From the NCBI GenBank assembly GCA_028534125.1, contig CM052821.1:18476001-18540000 (forward strand): DNA of 64,000 nucleotides. The letters run 5' to 3'. The position numbers were made by a program, and so were the translations under genes. Under the pieces are notes generated by a model. The model did not search any database. It saw only the letters and a program-made list of their open reading frames with translations, and was not told where the DNA came from. Every line of letters begins with the position of its first letter. The first letter of the stretch is position 1. The stretch is from Lama glama (Eukaryota). Of the stretch, positions 12,410 to 24,149 are shown piece by piece.

Positions 12410-13744
12410 CTAAGTTAATGTGAATTTGGAAAATAGGAGGAGTCTGTTTCCAGATAGTCAGATTAATTGTTACTCACTGAAAAAGAACAACAGGAACATA
12501 CAAATTTCCAATATGCTATACGAACAGATTTTGAGATAAAGGGCAGTTAAAAACCCAGGCACTGTGATCAAGTGTGAAACATGTCAAAACAAAGTAAATC
12601 TTAAAGGAAAAAGCACCAACATAAGAAGTAAGGGATCAAAACATCAAATGAAAAAAATTCTGGACTCTTAACTGAGGTCTTATCTAAGGCAAGCCAGACA
12701 GACTTGAAGCTTTAAGCTGACATCCAGGCAGAGGCTTCAACTCAAGGCTGGCTGATGTGTTCAGGCTCTAAAAGTTGGGCCAGAGAAAGAGGAATGTGCT
12801 GTCATATGCTTTGGGCATGGTAAAGGCACAGCCAGAGAAAAACTAGAGAAACACCACCCCTGAAACAGAGTCCATGTGTTTGGAAGGGAAAGGCCTGAGA
12901 CAGTTCCCAGGACCCTTGCTGATCTTTCACCCAATGCAAAACAAGGTACCAGGAGCAAGTCATCCCACCCTGGTACCTTGGGATGGGATGAAGTCACTTT
13001 CCCTATACATATGCTACTTTGATGCCACTACATTTCTTACAGCTTTTATTAGCAATTTTTGTGTATCTGAATATCACGACTCTCCTTAACTGGGCTTATA
13101 GTCCACTCATTACCTGGCATATTGACTATATTTATTTGATTTCAGTATTATGTCATCTCCTAAAAACAATGTGATGTTTATAATAAAAACACAAGTGCTT
13201 ATATTTTTTAAAAGTCAAAGAAAAAAGTCAACAAATAAAGGGTAAATAGAAGGTTATATTCTATGACAAAAGCAATAGAAAAATAGCTAACTCTGAAATT
13301 TAATTCAACAAGCATTACTGTCAACTTCTTTCCAAATCTAATTTCTTCACCAGCATAGCATGATTAAGAAGGCTGCCATTTACTAGCTGTGGCCTTGGGT
13401 TCAATGATTTAACTGCTCTGTGTGTCTGTTTCTCTGTTTTCAGAATGAAGATAACAGGAGGGGAAAAAACAAACTTTCCCCCAAATAAACACAATTTCAA
13501 ATTATTAGCTGTTTCTCCATTGCTAACCCAGTCCTGAAGGAAAATTTAGGAGAGAGAAGCTAACATTTATTATGCACCTACTGTATGTTTACACTCTACA
13601 AGTGATCTCTTTAATCACCATAAACTTGTGAGAAAACATTTTTATTAATATATAGATTAAATGGAGTCTTAGAGGATCTAAGGCTTAGATCAGAAGCTGT
13701 GAATAACCTAAAATCTACTCTCTTGTGAAGCACAGCATGGAGTA

Positions 13745-13912
13745 ATGTTCCTTAGAACAGGATACCTGAGTCAACCAGCCTGAGAATCACTCAAAATGCT
13801 TGTTAAAACTGAAGATTCCTGTACCCTCACACAGATCTGTTTAATTTCAATCTCTTGACGGTAGTGGTCTTTAATAAGCCACCCACTGCCGTGACTCCTC
13901 TGCACCCTCAAG
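13745..13912. mobile_element. MER5A-like MITE
   Basis: GAGAATCACTCAAAATGCTTGTTAAAACTGAAGATTCCTG...TTTAATAAGC. Confidence 0.65.
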
Positions 13913-13927
13913 AGCTATTGTCTTCTT

Positions 13928-14125
13928 GGTTAGGAGAATGAACTCTGAAGTCAGGCCTGGGTCTGGTTTTACTCTGTCTCAGACACATGACCCTGGGCAT
14001 ATTACTTAACCTCTCTGAGACTCTCTACCTTATCCAAAACATGGAGATGATAGAACCTCATAAGGTTACTGCAATGATTAAATAATGAATGCTTAGTGCC
14101 AAGTTCAAGGTTTGGAATATAGTCA
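13928..14125 (+). mobile_element. MIR
   Basis: TGACCCTGGGCATATTACTTAACCTCTCTGAG core. Confidence 0.8.
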
Positions 14126-14319
14126 CTCTTATAATTTCTTCCACATGATATTAACTTTATTTCCCTTTTGCTTTCTCATTCAATTTCAGGATTCACTGTG
14201 TTTGGTTTCTTTCTCATAACTCAACTGAAAGCAGCCAAGTGAATATCACAAGTGGCCTCCTTGCCAAATCCAATGACTCTTTTTTGATCTCATGTACCTT
14301 TGTATCCAGTTTGTCCACC

Positions 14320-15085
14320 AATTATTCACTAAAACTGTATTGTGCATCTGCTCACACACTGGGCTATAGATAAGGTATACAATGATGATTATAGCAGGTG
14401 CAACCCCTACCCTCATGGAGCTTTCAAACTTGTATTGGGACACTGATTTCAATAAGTAACTGCATATAAGCAAATTAACAAATTGTAGAATGAAAGAAAA
14501 GGACAGTATGCCCTTAAAGAGAATGACAGAAGGGATATTTTATCAAAGGGGATCAGAGAAGGTATGGGACCAGAGAAGTCAGGTTTGGAAAGAGTTATTC
14601 CCAAAGAAGGAACAACAGCATGTGGTAAGACCCTGAGGTAGAAAAGAGTCTGTCACACTGAAGGAAATAAAAGAGTATCCATTTGGTTGGACAAGAGGAA
14701 GGGTGGTGTGAAATGAACCAGGAAACCAGGCATAGGCTTAGCTATGTAGACCTGTACAAACTATGATGAAGATTTAGACTGAATTCCCAGGGCTACCTAC
14801 GGCCACTGGAGGACTTTGAGCCAGAGATGATATGATTACTGTGGTTGTGATTTGGAGAACAGATTTGAAGTGGGCTACAAGAGAAGCTGAGAGATCAGCT
14901 GGCTTGGGGAGTTTGGATTCGGGTGCTGAAAATGGAAGTGGACCCACAAATGGAAGAAGATGACATAAATTTTCAGGGGAGAAGTGAAATAATTTCAAGA
15001 TGAACTGGATGTGGAAATTAAAGAAAGAAGAGGTGCCACAAATTACTTCCAACTGGTTGGGTAGTAGAGCCATTTACCAAGAAGA
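14320..15085 (-). mobile_element. L2 3' region
   Basis: CCCTACCCTCATGGAGCTTTCAAACT and GGAACAACAGCATGTGGTAAGACCCTGAGG L2 motifs. Confidence 0.75.
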
Positions 15086-15094
15086 GGCACTAAA

Positions 15095-15182
15095 TCACTC
15101 TCTGGGAAAAGGACCAGAATCTGTATATATCTAGAAATCTCCCAGGTGATTCTGATAGCTAGCCCTGGTTGAGAAGCGCTAA
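15095..15182. mobile_element. MER5A-like fragment
   Basis: CCAGAATCTGTAT...CTCCCAGGTGATTCTGAT...GGTTGAGAAGCGCT. Confidence 0.65.
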
Positions 15183-15793
15183 CCTAGAGGAGAGGTATAG
15201 AAAGTAGCTAAACTAAGCTTAATGGCTAATGACTATCTTCCTTCGGAGATAGCTTGCCTTGTTCAAATCTTGTCACTGAGCAGGTTAATTTCCTCATCTG
15301 TAAAATGGAAATAACAACAGAATATATGTCATGGGGCTGTTATAAACTGTTAATCTTATAAACTATTTGAAACACTTCCAAGCTACCATTTTCAGATCAG
15401 TCAGTTGAATAAGCCAGCTGCTTTCACATCTCTAAGCTCTTGTCCTTCCTTTTGTTCTTCCATGTTGTGATTTCCTATATGCTGTTCAGAGATAGCCTTC
15501 CTTGACTACACCCCACCACCACCACTAACCCCAGCCAATCATCTGGGCCATTTCTCCTGCTTGCATGATAAACAGAATTTAACACATCATATTGTAATTA
15601 TTTGTTTGTTTGCCTCCTGAATAAAACTTGGAACTTCTGAAAGTAGCCGGCCTTATCTTACACAAACGTATGTCGACAGAACTTAGTCTCATGTCATAGA
15701 TTGAAGCCCAGAATGAATTTGTTAGATTTAATTCAATTTGGCTAAATTAAAAGCATGATGCCCTCAGGGAATGCATCTCACAAACTAATTATA

Positions 15794-16340
15794 TGGTATC
15801 ATAGGGATGCAAACGCAGCAAGTTACACCCAAGGGATATAAAAAACCTCACCCGAAATGGCTATTGAGGCACAAGCTTAAGCCTAAACCAGTCATGCCAA
15901 ACATAACACCTTTCTTATCTGCCTCTCACCTCTGCTTTGTTCTTCCTGGGCTATGTGGGGCCCATGCCTTTCTGAGGAACAGAAGAAGGGGTTAAGGGGT
16001 TGGGGAGGAAGAGATACACTCCTACAACTTTACAAAACATTCCTTCACTCCTTAATGGGGAAGGAAGGTGGAGAGAGCTGCTGCATGTGCTGGAATAAGC
16101 ATGCTCAGGCTGATTTGAGTCCTATGTAACCCTGTGGCCTGGTATAGAGGGTCCAAACACTAGCAGGCAAATAGCAGTAATATTACAGGCAGAGCGAACC
16201 AGCCCAGAACCACCTTTGTAAGAGGACCCATGGTTTTCACTATGCCCTTGTATGGAAGTAAAACTTGATTTCTTTCATGCTAATGCTTCTGAAGCCTTCA
16301 ACCTCCAGAAAGCAAGCATGATGTACTTACCGGTTGTACA
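15794..16340 (+). mobile_element. Unclassified LTR-like segment
   Basis: TG...CA ends, TATA-like GGTATAGAGG and AGTAAA poly(A)-like signal about 80 nt from the end; no clear TSD and family not recognised. Confidence 0.3.
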
Positions 16341-16474
16341 TTTTAAAATAAAATAACTTCAGAATCTGATTTTGCTCGTGCTAATGCTCCTGAAGCCTTC
16401 AATCTCCAGAAAGTATGCAGGAGGTACTGGTCATGCATGTGAAACTGAAATAACTTGATAAAGAATTTGGATCC
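16331..16474 (-). other. Candidate non-coding exon (144 nt)
   Basis: Minus-strand acceptor CCTTTTCATCTTTTCCTTCAG|G and donor CCG|GTAAGT; stop codons in all three frames. Confidence 0.25.
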
Positions 16475-16644
16475 CTGAAGGAAAAGATGAAAAGGACTTC
16501 TCACTCTATTCTTTAATCTCAAGGCAAATGGGCATAGCAGGAGGAAGTTTGACATGTACAAGCAGACAGTTTTTAGAGCCAAAGAGATCTGTGTTCAAAT
16601 CTTGACTCATTTACCTTTTTGCTCTGTGCTCATTAAAGTTGACA

Positions 16645-16945
16645 CTAATAATAATGATAATAATAACAGCTAACACTCTCATGTGTTTATTATAATGCCA
16701 GACTCTGTTCTAAGTGCTTTACATATGTTATTCACATAATTTTTACACATATTATTTTAATTATAAGAAAAATAAAACCCATGAGGAAGACATTTCTATC
16801 ATATTTTACAGTAAAGGAAACAGGCGTAGAAAGGTTGGGTAACTAGTACAAGCTAGTTGACAGCAGAGCTAGGAGTCAAACCCAGGCAGTATCGGATTTA
16901 ACCCCATGTTAAACCCTGGCTCCAGACACCATGCTTGTATCCAAT
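16645..16945 (-). mobile_element. MIR
   Basis: (AAT)n tail, GCCAGACTCTGTTCTAAGTGCTTTACAT, GGAGTCAAACCCAGGCAGT. Confidence 0.8.
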
Positions 16946-17379
16946 GCATTTCCCTGCTCCCATGTGCCTCAGGAAGGCACATCATCTGACTTTAAGTATC
17001 CTTGTCTATAAAGTGGCTATAATGAGGCCAACCTCAGTGAGGTCTGAAGAAGAAGATGTATGAGAACCCTGGACACTAAAGGGCACCCAGACTACATCAA
17101 GTGCCTTTAATTTTCAAATTGCATGCTCATAATGTATAATCAGAATTCTAGGTAAATGCTAATAAAAGTCAGCTATCTAGAGTGTCCAAGAACAGCAAAT
17201 GTATGGATGGACTGGACAAACTGGAGGCTTTAGAACATACTTCTCTGAAACTTTAACTGATCCAGAAGGCAGTCTTAGTCTATGAAGTAAATTATGTCAA
17301 TGCTTCTAAATAAACTATGGCTTCTGCTACCAACAGAAGCCCACCAAAGGCAACAATCAGCCAGAGGTATTTGTCAAAA

Positions 17380-17790
17380 GCTGGGAGAGCCCAAGAGAGA
17401 TCAACTGTTTAGACCTGGAGGGGCCAATTAGAAAAGTTCCTGAAGCAAGATCAGAACATTTCCAGGAAGAGGAGAGGGAAGGCAATGTAATGAGAGGAAT
17501 TTGCATGATCAGAGGCACTGAGGCTTGAGAACTCACTCCTCACAGGATTAGAGAAGAGGGAGCACTGAACAGTAGCTAGAATGAAGGAGGCCTGGGAAGC
17601 TGGACAAGGAAGAGGCTCTGAAGGGCCCTGAATGTCACACAATGGAATATGGACTTCACTGTATGTGCAACAGGGAGTCACCAAGAGTTCTTGAAAGGAA
17701 AGGATGTCAGACCTGTGCTTTAGCAAGACAATCTGTGCAGCGTTGTACATAAAGTGGAGAGTACAGGTATCAGGAGACCAATTTTGAGAT
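17380..17790 (-). mobile_element. L2 fragment
   Basis: CATTTCCAGGAAGAGG...TGTCAGACCTGTGCTTTAGCAAGACAATCTG. Confidence 0.65.
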
Positions 17791-18117
17791 TGAGAGTATA
17801 AGGAAATACTTGGTTTTCTTTTATAGCATTATATTAAAACATACACCACCAACATATACCACTATGTTAAAATCTTGAGAGTGAAGGACCAAACATTATT
17901 TGTCACTACACTAAAAGTGGAAATAAATCATTACCACCACCTCTAAGAAAGATTAAACTAAGGAATTGTGGTTGTTAGCAAAACTACCACATAAAATTTT
18001 TGAAGTGCAAAGAAAGTAACTGTAGAATTACGCACATATTTCCACCAGAGAATGGAATCTGGACGGAGTGGGCGAAGTAAGCAAAGACATAAACAGTGTT
18101 CGGAGCTTAAGAAGTAC

Positions 18118-18213
18118 CTTGCTTTTCACCAAGAAGACCCAACACTGTTTTCTTTGAATCAGCTCTCATACTTCCTTGAAGAGAAATTGATAGAGTTGTG
18201 GAAAACTCAACCT
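18118..18213 (-). other. Candidate 96-nt exon
   Basis: Minus-strand acceptor TTTTCGTTGTGATTTCAG|A, donor AAG|GTACTT; one open frame with phase 1-1; peptide not recognised. Confidence 0.3.
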
Positions 18214-18744
18214 CTGAAATCACAACGAAAACTGCAACCCAATATGAGAAAACTGCTATTATGTCAAAGCGACAAGTCACTGAACTTTTTACCCACACAC
18301 CCAAAAAAGTGGAGTGAGAGAATGTTTCAAAAGAACCAAGTTTGAATAATAGAAAATAGCATACCCTCCCCCACATCCACCTCTGACCTTGAGGGAACAG
18401 GAGCTTGGCTAATTTAATGTGGTTGTCCACGTTGGTCATTAATTCTTCCAGATAATCCAAAACTGAATTCAGTTTCTTCAAGGTCCCTCCTAAGACCCTC
18501 CTGCTAAGTGACATGTCCCCTTATTGAATATCTTTCCCCATATTGACTGTCCTCAGTACTTACATGGGTAATTAATCTAAGCATTTGTTCTTCTCAAACA
18601 TGGCTTTTTAACTATTCTTTAAAGATTTCATGTATACATAGTTTGTTTCTCCAACTTAACTGTAAGCATTTAAAATGGGAATAGTTGAGTATACTTCTGT
18701 AGTATTTTCATTGTGGCATATAAAAGTCAAAATCAACAAAGAAA

Positions 18745-18970
18745 CAGTAACAATAATAGTTAAGACTTTTTGAATGCTAACCATGTGTTTCAAAAGCTAT
18801 ACGTGTATTAACTCAGCTAATCATTACAATAACTACACGAAGTAGATACTGTTATTGCCCTCAGTTTATACTTGAGGAAACTGAGGCACAGGTGGGTTAA
18901 TCATTTTTACCATAGTCGCATGCCCATAAGCATATGATCTCAGGCAGTTTTATACCAGAGCTGTGCTCCA
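18745..18970 (-). mobile_element. MIR
   Basis: GAGGAAACTGAGGCACAG core. Confidence 0.8.
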
Positions 18971-19994
18971 ATGTATCTTTTAATGTATTTTTTTCCTTTG
19001 AATTCAAAGTCCAAAAGGAATTTGAAAATTAGAGTCCTTAGGTAGAAACTGCAGACAAGATTTGGGATCAAGTAAGGTTTGGCTCTTTAAAAATTTGAGA
19101 AAGAATCTTTTCATGGTCTCCACAAGATTTTGTGGCCCATCATATACAGGGTCATCTTTGACTTGGGCCCCAAGGGAAACATGGCTTCCTGGGCCTCTGC
19201 CTTCACCGTGCTACCTCTATTTTAATGTGCTGTCACTTACTGAGATCTGAAGATAATGTGAGTGAAGTGATACAGTGGTAGTAAGTAGAAGCATACCAAA
19301 TAGAAAACATATCTACTCTTTACTGCCATAGCAAACTCTCCTCTCACTTTCTGCTTAGCTAATGGCTGTGACTGGCATGTGAGAAGAGGAAGGAGGAATG
19401 ACTTCAGTAGCTTCAGAGGAGTTCAGAACAGAGAACAGGGCGTCATCAGGTCTGGCACTGTTCTTTGGTACCAAGTGCCCCTGTCAACCACCACAGTAAG
19501 TACCTCCCTTTCTCTGAGTCCTATAAGCCATCACAGCACACCCTACTGGAAACTGGGGCTGAGCTGTGAATGCTACAGGTACTGTGTCCATCCTGTCCTG
19601 GCCTTTGAGGATTTGTTTCTGTGTGGTCTACTCATTGTGTTTCAACTTCAGTTTTTCCACTATATAGCTGTGCCTTAACTTTCCTTTCTGGCTCTCAGGT
19701 CTCAGAATACTTTCTTCCCTAGTTCTATCCCTACGTTCACTTGGTCTACTTGGCCAGCTACCTATATTCTCATGAAGGGAGGGTCTGGCAATAGGTAATA
19801 TCATACCGGAGTACAAACTCTAGTGCAACCTGCACCTTTACTCATCCCTACCCTTATCATACCCATCATATATCTTGCACAAGGCTTATTCTGGGCCTAA
19901 ATGGCAATAGGGAGATTACTATATATCTGAGGTCCTATTAGGTAGGCCTTTCATAATGATATAAGAAATGTGCCATCAAACTAATGCTCAACGA

Positions 19995-20490
19995 TCTACA
20001 AAGATGGCTACAACAATTCTTTCATTTCTGTGCACATGCCTCTTTGCAATGCAATTTGCCAACCCCCCATTAAGACATAGCGTCCATTTTCCCTCCCTTT
20101 GAATATAAGCTGGTCCTGCGACTTGATTTAACCAGAAGAAGCCTGGAAGACATCATATGACTTCAGAGCCCTGGCCTCAAAAAGCCTTTCAGCTTTTACT
20201 TTGATGCTCCTGCTGCCCTGAGACCACCACATAAGAGAGCCTGGCCAGCCTCCATGAGGACAGACATCACTGCCAGTCAACAGACAGAATGAACCTCGAG
20301 AAATCTGAGTGAGGCCCTCTAGCCTCAGTTGTGCTGCCAGATGACTGCAGCCAGGTCAGGCCAGCAAAAGAATCACCTAGCTGAGCCCTGGCTTCTCAGA
20401 TCTCAGATCTTCCCTGCTCAAATTGCTAAGCAATTAATGAGCACATCATTTTAAGCAGGTTTTAGCAAGGTCATGCAGAAATAATTGATA
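19995..20490 (+). mobile_element. MaLR LTR (MLT1G/H-like)
   Basis: AAGATGGCTACAA...CCCTTTGAATATAAGCTGG...GAATCACCTAGCTGAGCCC. Confidence 0.75.
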
Positions 20491-20615
20491 AAAACTCCAA
20501 ATGAAAATGGAAACAAGAAACTCAATACCTCTTATATGACCATGATACAACATATTATCTTCTTAACAGTCACCATTAAACCTTGCTACAGTGTCCAAAT
20601 GCTCTTCCACTATTC

Positions 20616-20696
20616 CTGCTGCTGCTGCTGCTGCTACTACTACTACTACACACACATACACACACATGCACACACACGCACGCACACACACACACT
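20616..20696. repeat. Compound microsatellite (CTG)n(CTA)n(CA)n
   Basis: Directly visible. Confidence 0.95.
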
Positions 20697-20869
20697 TGAA
20701 TCTCCCACCTGTTCTACTCAGATGTTCTTTTGGGCTTTTCATTTCTCTGTGTCCATACTGCTGTATTTCCAGCTCAGTTCTTTTAATTAACCCCATTCCC
20801 ATATATCCAGCTCCACCTGTTCATGAAGACTAGCTATCACTTGCTATATACCAGAAACTGTTGGTTTCT

Positions 20870-21040
20870 CACCATCAGCTTATCAAGCAGACAACCATTG
20901 TTCTGCTCATGTTATATAAGAGAAAGTTGAGGTATAGCAGATTAAGTATATTTAAAGTCACAGAGCTAATAATGGGTCATGGAGCTAAGATGTGAATCTA
21001 GGCAGGAAAACTTAAGTCCATGCCCTTAAAATCTACACTG
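20870..21040 (-). mobile_element. MIR
   Basis: AAAGTCACAGAGCTAATAATGG...TGTGAATCTAGGCAG. Confidence 0.65.
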
Positions 21041-21542
21041 GGCTGTACTACACTCTCTAGGTGACCCTCCCCCCGCCCCAGGCACTCTACGCTTTACCTG
21101 TTGAAAACCAAACTCATCCTCTTCTCTCACAAATCTCGTATTCCCTACTTTGATGAATGATTACTATTTAACTACATGCCCAGTGAAGAGACCTGTCCCA
21201 CATTTGATAAGGAACAACATCCTGTGGAATCCATGCTCTCACGCACCTCACCATCACTGCCTTACACCAGGATAACATTATTTTCACCTTAAACAATTAC
21301 AAATAGGCTTATTGCTAGTCTCCTTACCTGTGACTGGATGGGTCAGGCACTTTTCCTTTTTATTGTCTTTTTCTTTTTTCCCCCATCCATGTCTATGTCA
21401 CTGCTAAGGATATACATTGGCAGTGGAGTAGCTTACCTTGATAGATACAAGACAGTTTGTCACACTGGTATGATTATGACTATGTGTGATTATTAGTTCC
21501 TGTGTAAGTGTGTGTTTGTAGGAGATAAGTGTTACTTGAGGA

Positions 21543-21656
21543 TAGGGCGACCAACTCCTTTCAGTTTGCCCCAGATTTTCCCTATTTTACCACTAAAAGT
21601 CCTGCATTCCAGGAAACTGCTTACTCGCAGGTAAACCAGGATGACTGGTCAGCCTT
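21543..21656. mobile_element. MER81 (hAT-Blackjack MITE)
   Basis: 114 bp; TIRs TAGGGCGACCAAC...TGGTCAGCCTT; 8-bp TSD CTTGAGGA/CTTGAGGG. Confidence 0.85.
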
Positions 21657-21819
21657 CTTGAGGGAGTGACTGAATGTAGGATGTAACTAAGTGATTGAAT
21701 GTGGGAGGCTGTGCTGATGTTTTGCCTCCACTGAAGCCAGTTGAAATTATGGCTTTTCTCTTCCTTTCACAAAATTAACTAGAAAGAGAGGTGGTCATAC
21801 CAATTTCTTATACCCTAAT

Positions 21820-23945
21820 TTAAGTCAACCTACCAGCATCTTTTGAAACAGGTGACTGTTGCTTCCTTCTTAAAATATTGTCTTCGCTTGGTGTCCAGAC
21901 ATCACACTCTCCTGATTTTTCTCTAACCTTAATTTCTCAATCTCCTTTGATGACTCCTCTTCCGACATCTACCTTAATGTTGGAAAGCCCCAGTTTTCCA
22001 TGTTGGACCCTATCATTTTCTCTGTCACTATTCATTGGATAGGTGACCTTATCTAGTGATTCTTCTAGTTCAGAATCAATTGGGGATAAATATAAAGTTA
22101 AAGACCGGAGATCAAAATGTCATCTTTATCATTGATTTTAACATATTTATATTGGAGAATATGGTTCAGTCACAGGGTAACTGGACCTGCTATTATTTTG
22201 CTGACAAACCCATTCAACCATGGGAACATTCAGACAACCACAGGCTTCTCTCATTGCAAACTGACTCTTGAAAAACTCACAGGATGGAAGATTAGAAAAT
22301 GTACATTCTCTGAAGGTAGACATCCCAAAAAGATACAAGAAAATTAATGAACCATAAATACTGGATTCTTTCTCCCAAGCTGACCAATTAGTTATGTCAA
22401 ACTTCCTCCCCTGGGAAGAGTGACTAAGAGAACAGTAAGAAGTAAGGACTGTGACACTGATGGAGGTTCCTCATAGGAACACAGAAACTGAGGAATATAT
22501 GTTTTCTCTATAACAAATATTAATTTATTTTAATTACTTTCTATTACATCTCCAACTTCAGCCTCTTCCCTGAGGTTCACACTTATGTGTCCACCTGCCT
22601 ACTCAGCCTCTCTGCTTGGAAGTCTAATAGGCATTTCAAACTCAACATGTCTAACAGAGAACTTGACTTTTTCACTATCCTTTTCACTTCTGGGTTAGTT
22701 TGCTAGGTTTGTTAGGGTAGTAATGCTGCCATAATAAAATGCCACAGGCTGGGAGGCTTAAACAACGGAAATTTATTTTCTCACAGTTCTGGAGGGTAGA
22801 AGTCTAAGACCAAGGTGCTAGCATAGCTGGTTTCTCCTTATGTCCCTCTCCTTGCTTGCAGACAGCCACCTTCTCGCTGTGTCCTCACATGTCCTTTCTC
22901 TATACGCATGCATCCCTGACATCTTTCTCTTCTTATACGGATACAAGCCATATTAGATTAGAGCCCCACTCTTACGATTAAATTTAACCTTAATTTTTTT
23001 CTTAAAGGCCCTATCTCCAAATACAGTCACAATTGGGATTAGGGTTTCAAAACTGGGGGAAAGATACAATCCAGTGAACTAACAACTTCTTTCACAATCC
23101 TCTCTCATTTCAAGAAATGGCACCACCACTAACCAACTGCTTAAGCCAGAACCTTAGGAATCATCTAGGATTCCTCTTTTCCTCACACCCCGTGCCCAGC
23201 CCATTAGCAAGTTATTTCAATGTTACCAATTCCATATCCCACCACCTCCACTACAGATTCCAGGTTCGATCATTATCTTATGCCTGCTTCCAGTTAAACA
23301 GTCTCCTAACTGGTTTTCCAGCTTCCTTTCTTGTCCTGCCACAGTCTATTTTCCACATATCCACCAAAGGTATCTTAAAAAGTCAGGTATCACTGCTTCT
23401 CCCATTTGAACACACAAATGGCTTCTCATTACACTTAGAATAAAACCCAAGTATAGTCTATGACCCACCATCATCTATCCCTTACCTCTCAGTCCTTATT
23501 GCACACCAGGCTTCTTCACCATTTGCTCAACACCTGTCACTTTGGCCTCCTTGATTTTCCTAGAGAAGGCAAAGCTCATTTCTGTGTCACAACTATTGCA
23601 TGTAGTGATCCTTGTCCTTCTGCCTGGAACTCTGTAGAACTGTCTTCCCCTTCTCATTTTAGCTGTATCTCTATTCAATTGTAACTTCCTTAATAGAACC
23701 TTCCCTGAATTCCCTGTTTAAAATACACCCCACCCCATGCCTCTCCACTCTCTTACCCTCCTCTATTTTCCTTCAGAGCACTTACAACGGCCTCGGCTAC
23801 AGTGTATTTGTATTTCATTAGTTGTTCATTGTTGGTCTTCTCTACTAGACTGCAAGCTTCATGAAGGCTTCTTGTTCTCTGCTGTACTTTCAGCACTGAG
23901 AACAGCCCTTGGCACAAAACAGACACAACAAATTTTAGTTGAATA
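21820..23945 (+). mobile_element. L2 (L2a-like), long fragment running to the 3' end, twice interrupted
   Basis: CCACCTGCCTACTCAGCCTCTCTGCTTGGAAGTCTAATAGGCATTTCAAACTCAACATGTC; tail CTAGACTGCAAGCTTCATGAAGGC...TTAGTTGAATAAA. Confidence 0.85.
22691..23084 (-). mobile_element. MaLR solo LTR (MLT1A/B-like) inserted in L2
   Basis: GGCTTAAACAACGGAAATTTATTTTCTCACAGTTCTGGAGG; perfect 5-bp TSD ACTTC at 22686-22690 and 23085-23089. Confidence 0.92.
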
Positions 23946-24149
23946 AAAATAATTTATGCAATATAAATCATTATAATTTAAAAATCTGATCATGCCACTT
24001 CCTTTCTTAAGCTTTCCAGGGACTTCTTACTGCTCTCTGGGTAAAATCCAAGCCCTTTGTCTGGTGTATAAGGCCCTTCTACCCTTCAGTTTCCTAGCTA
24101 CTTTCACCCTACAGCTCAAGCTCCAGTCCCCAATAACCTTTTTAAGGCC

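Noticed and set aside
17979-18080. Plus-frame peptide ENGIWTEWAK resembling a cytokine-receptor WSxWS motif
   Set aside because: Motif is imperfect, the acceptor is weak and there is no FN3-like context
20485-20833. Poly-Ala/Thr/Cys/His ORFs
   Set aside because: Translation artefacts of the compound microsatellite
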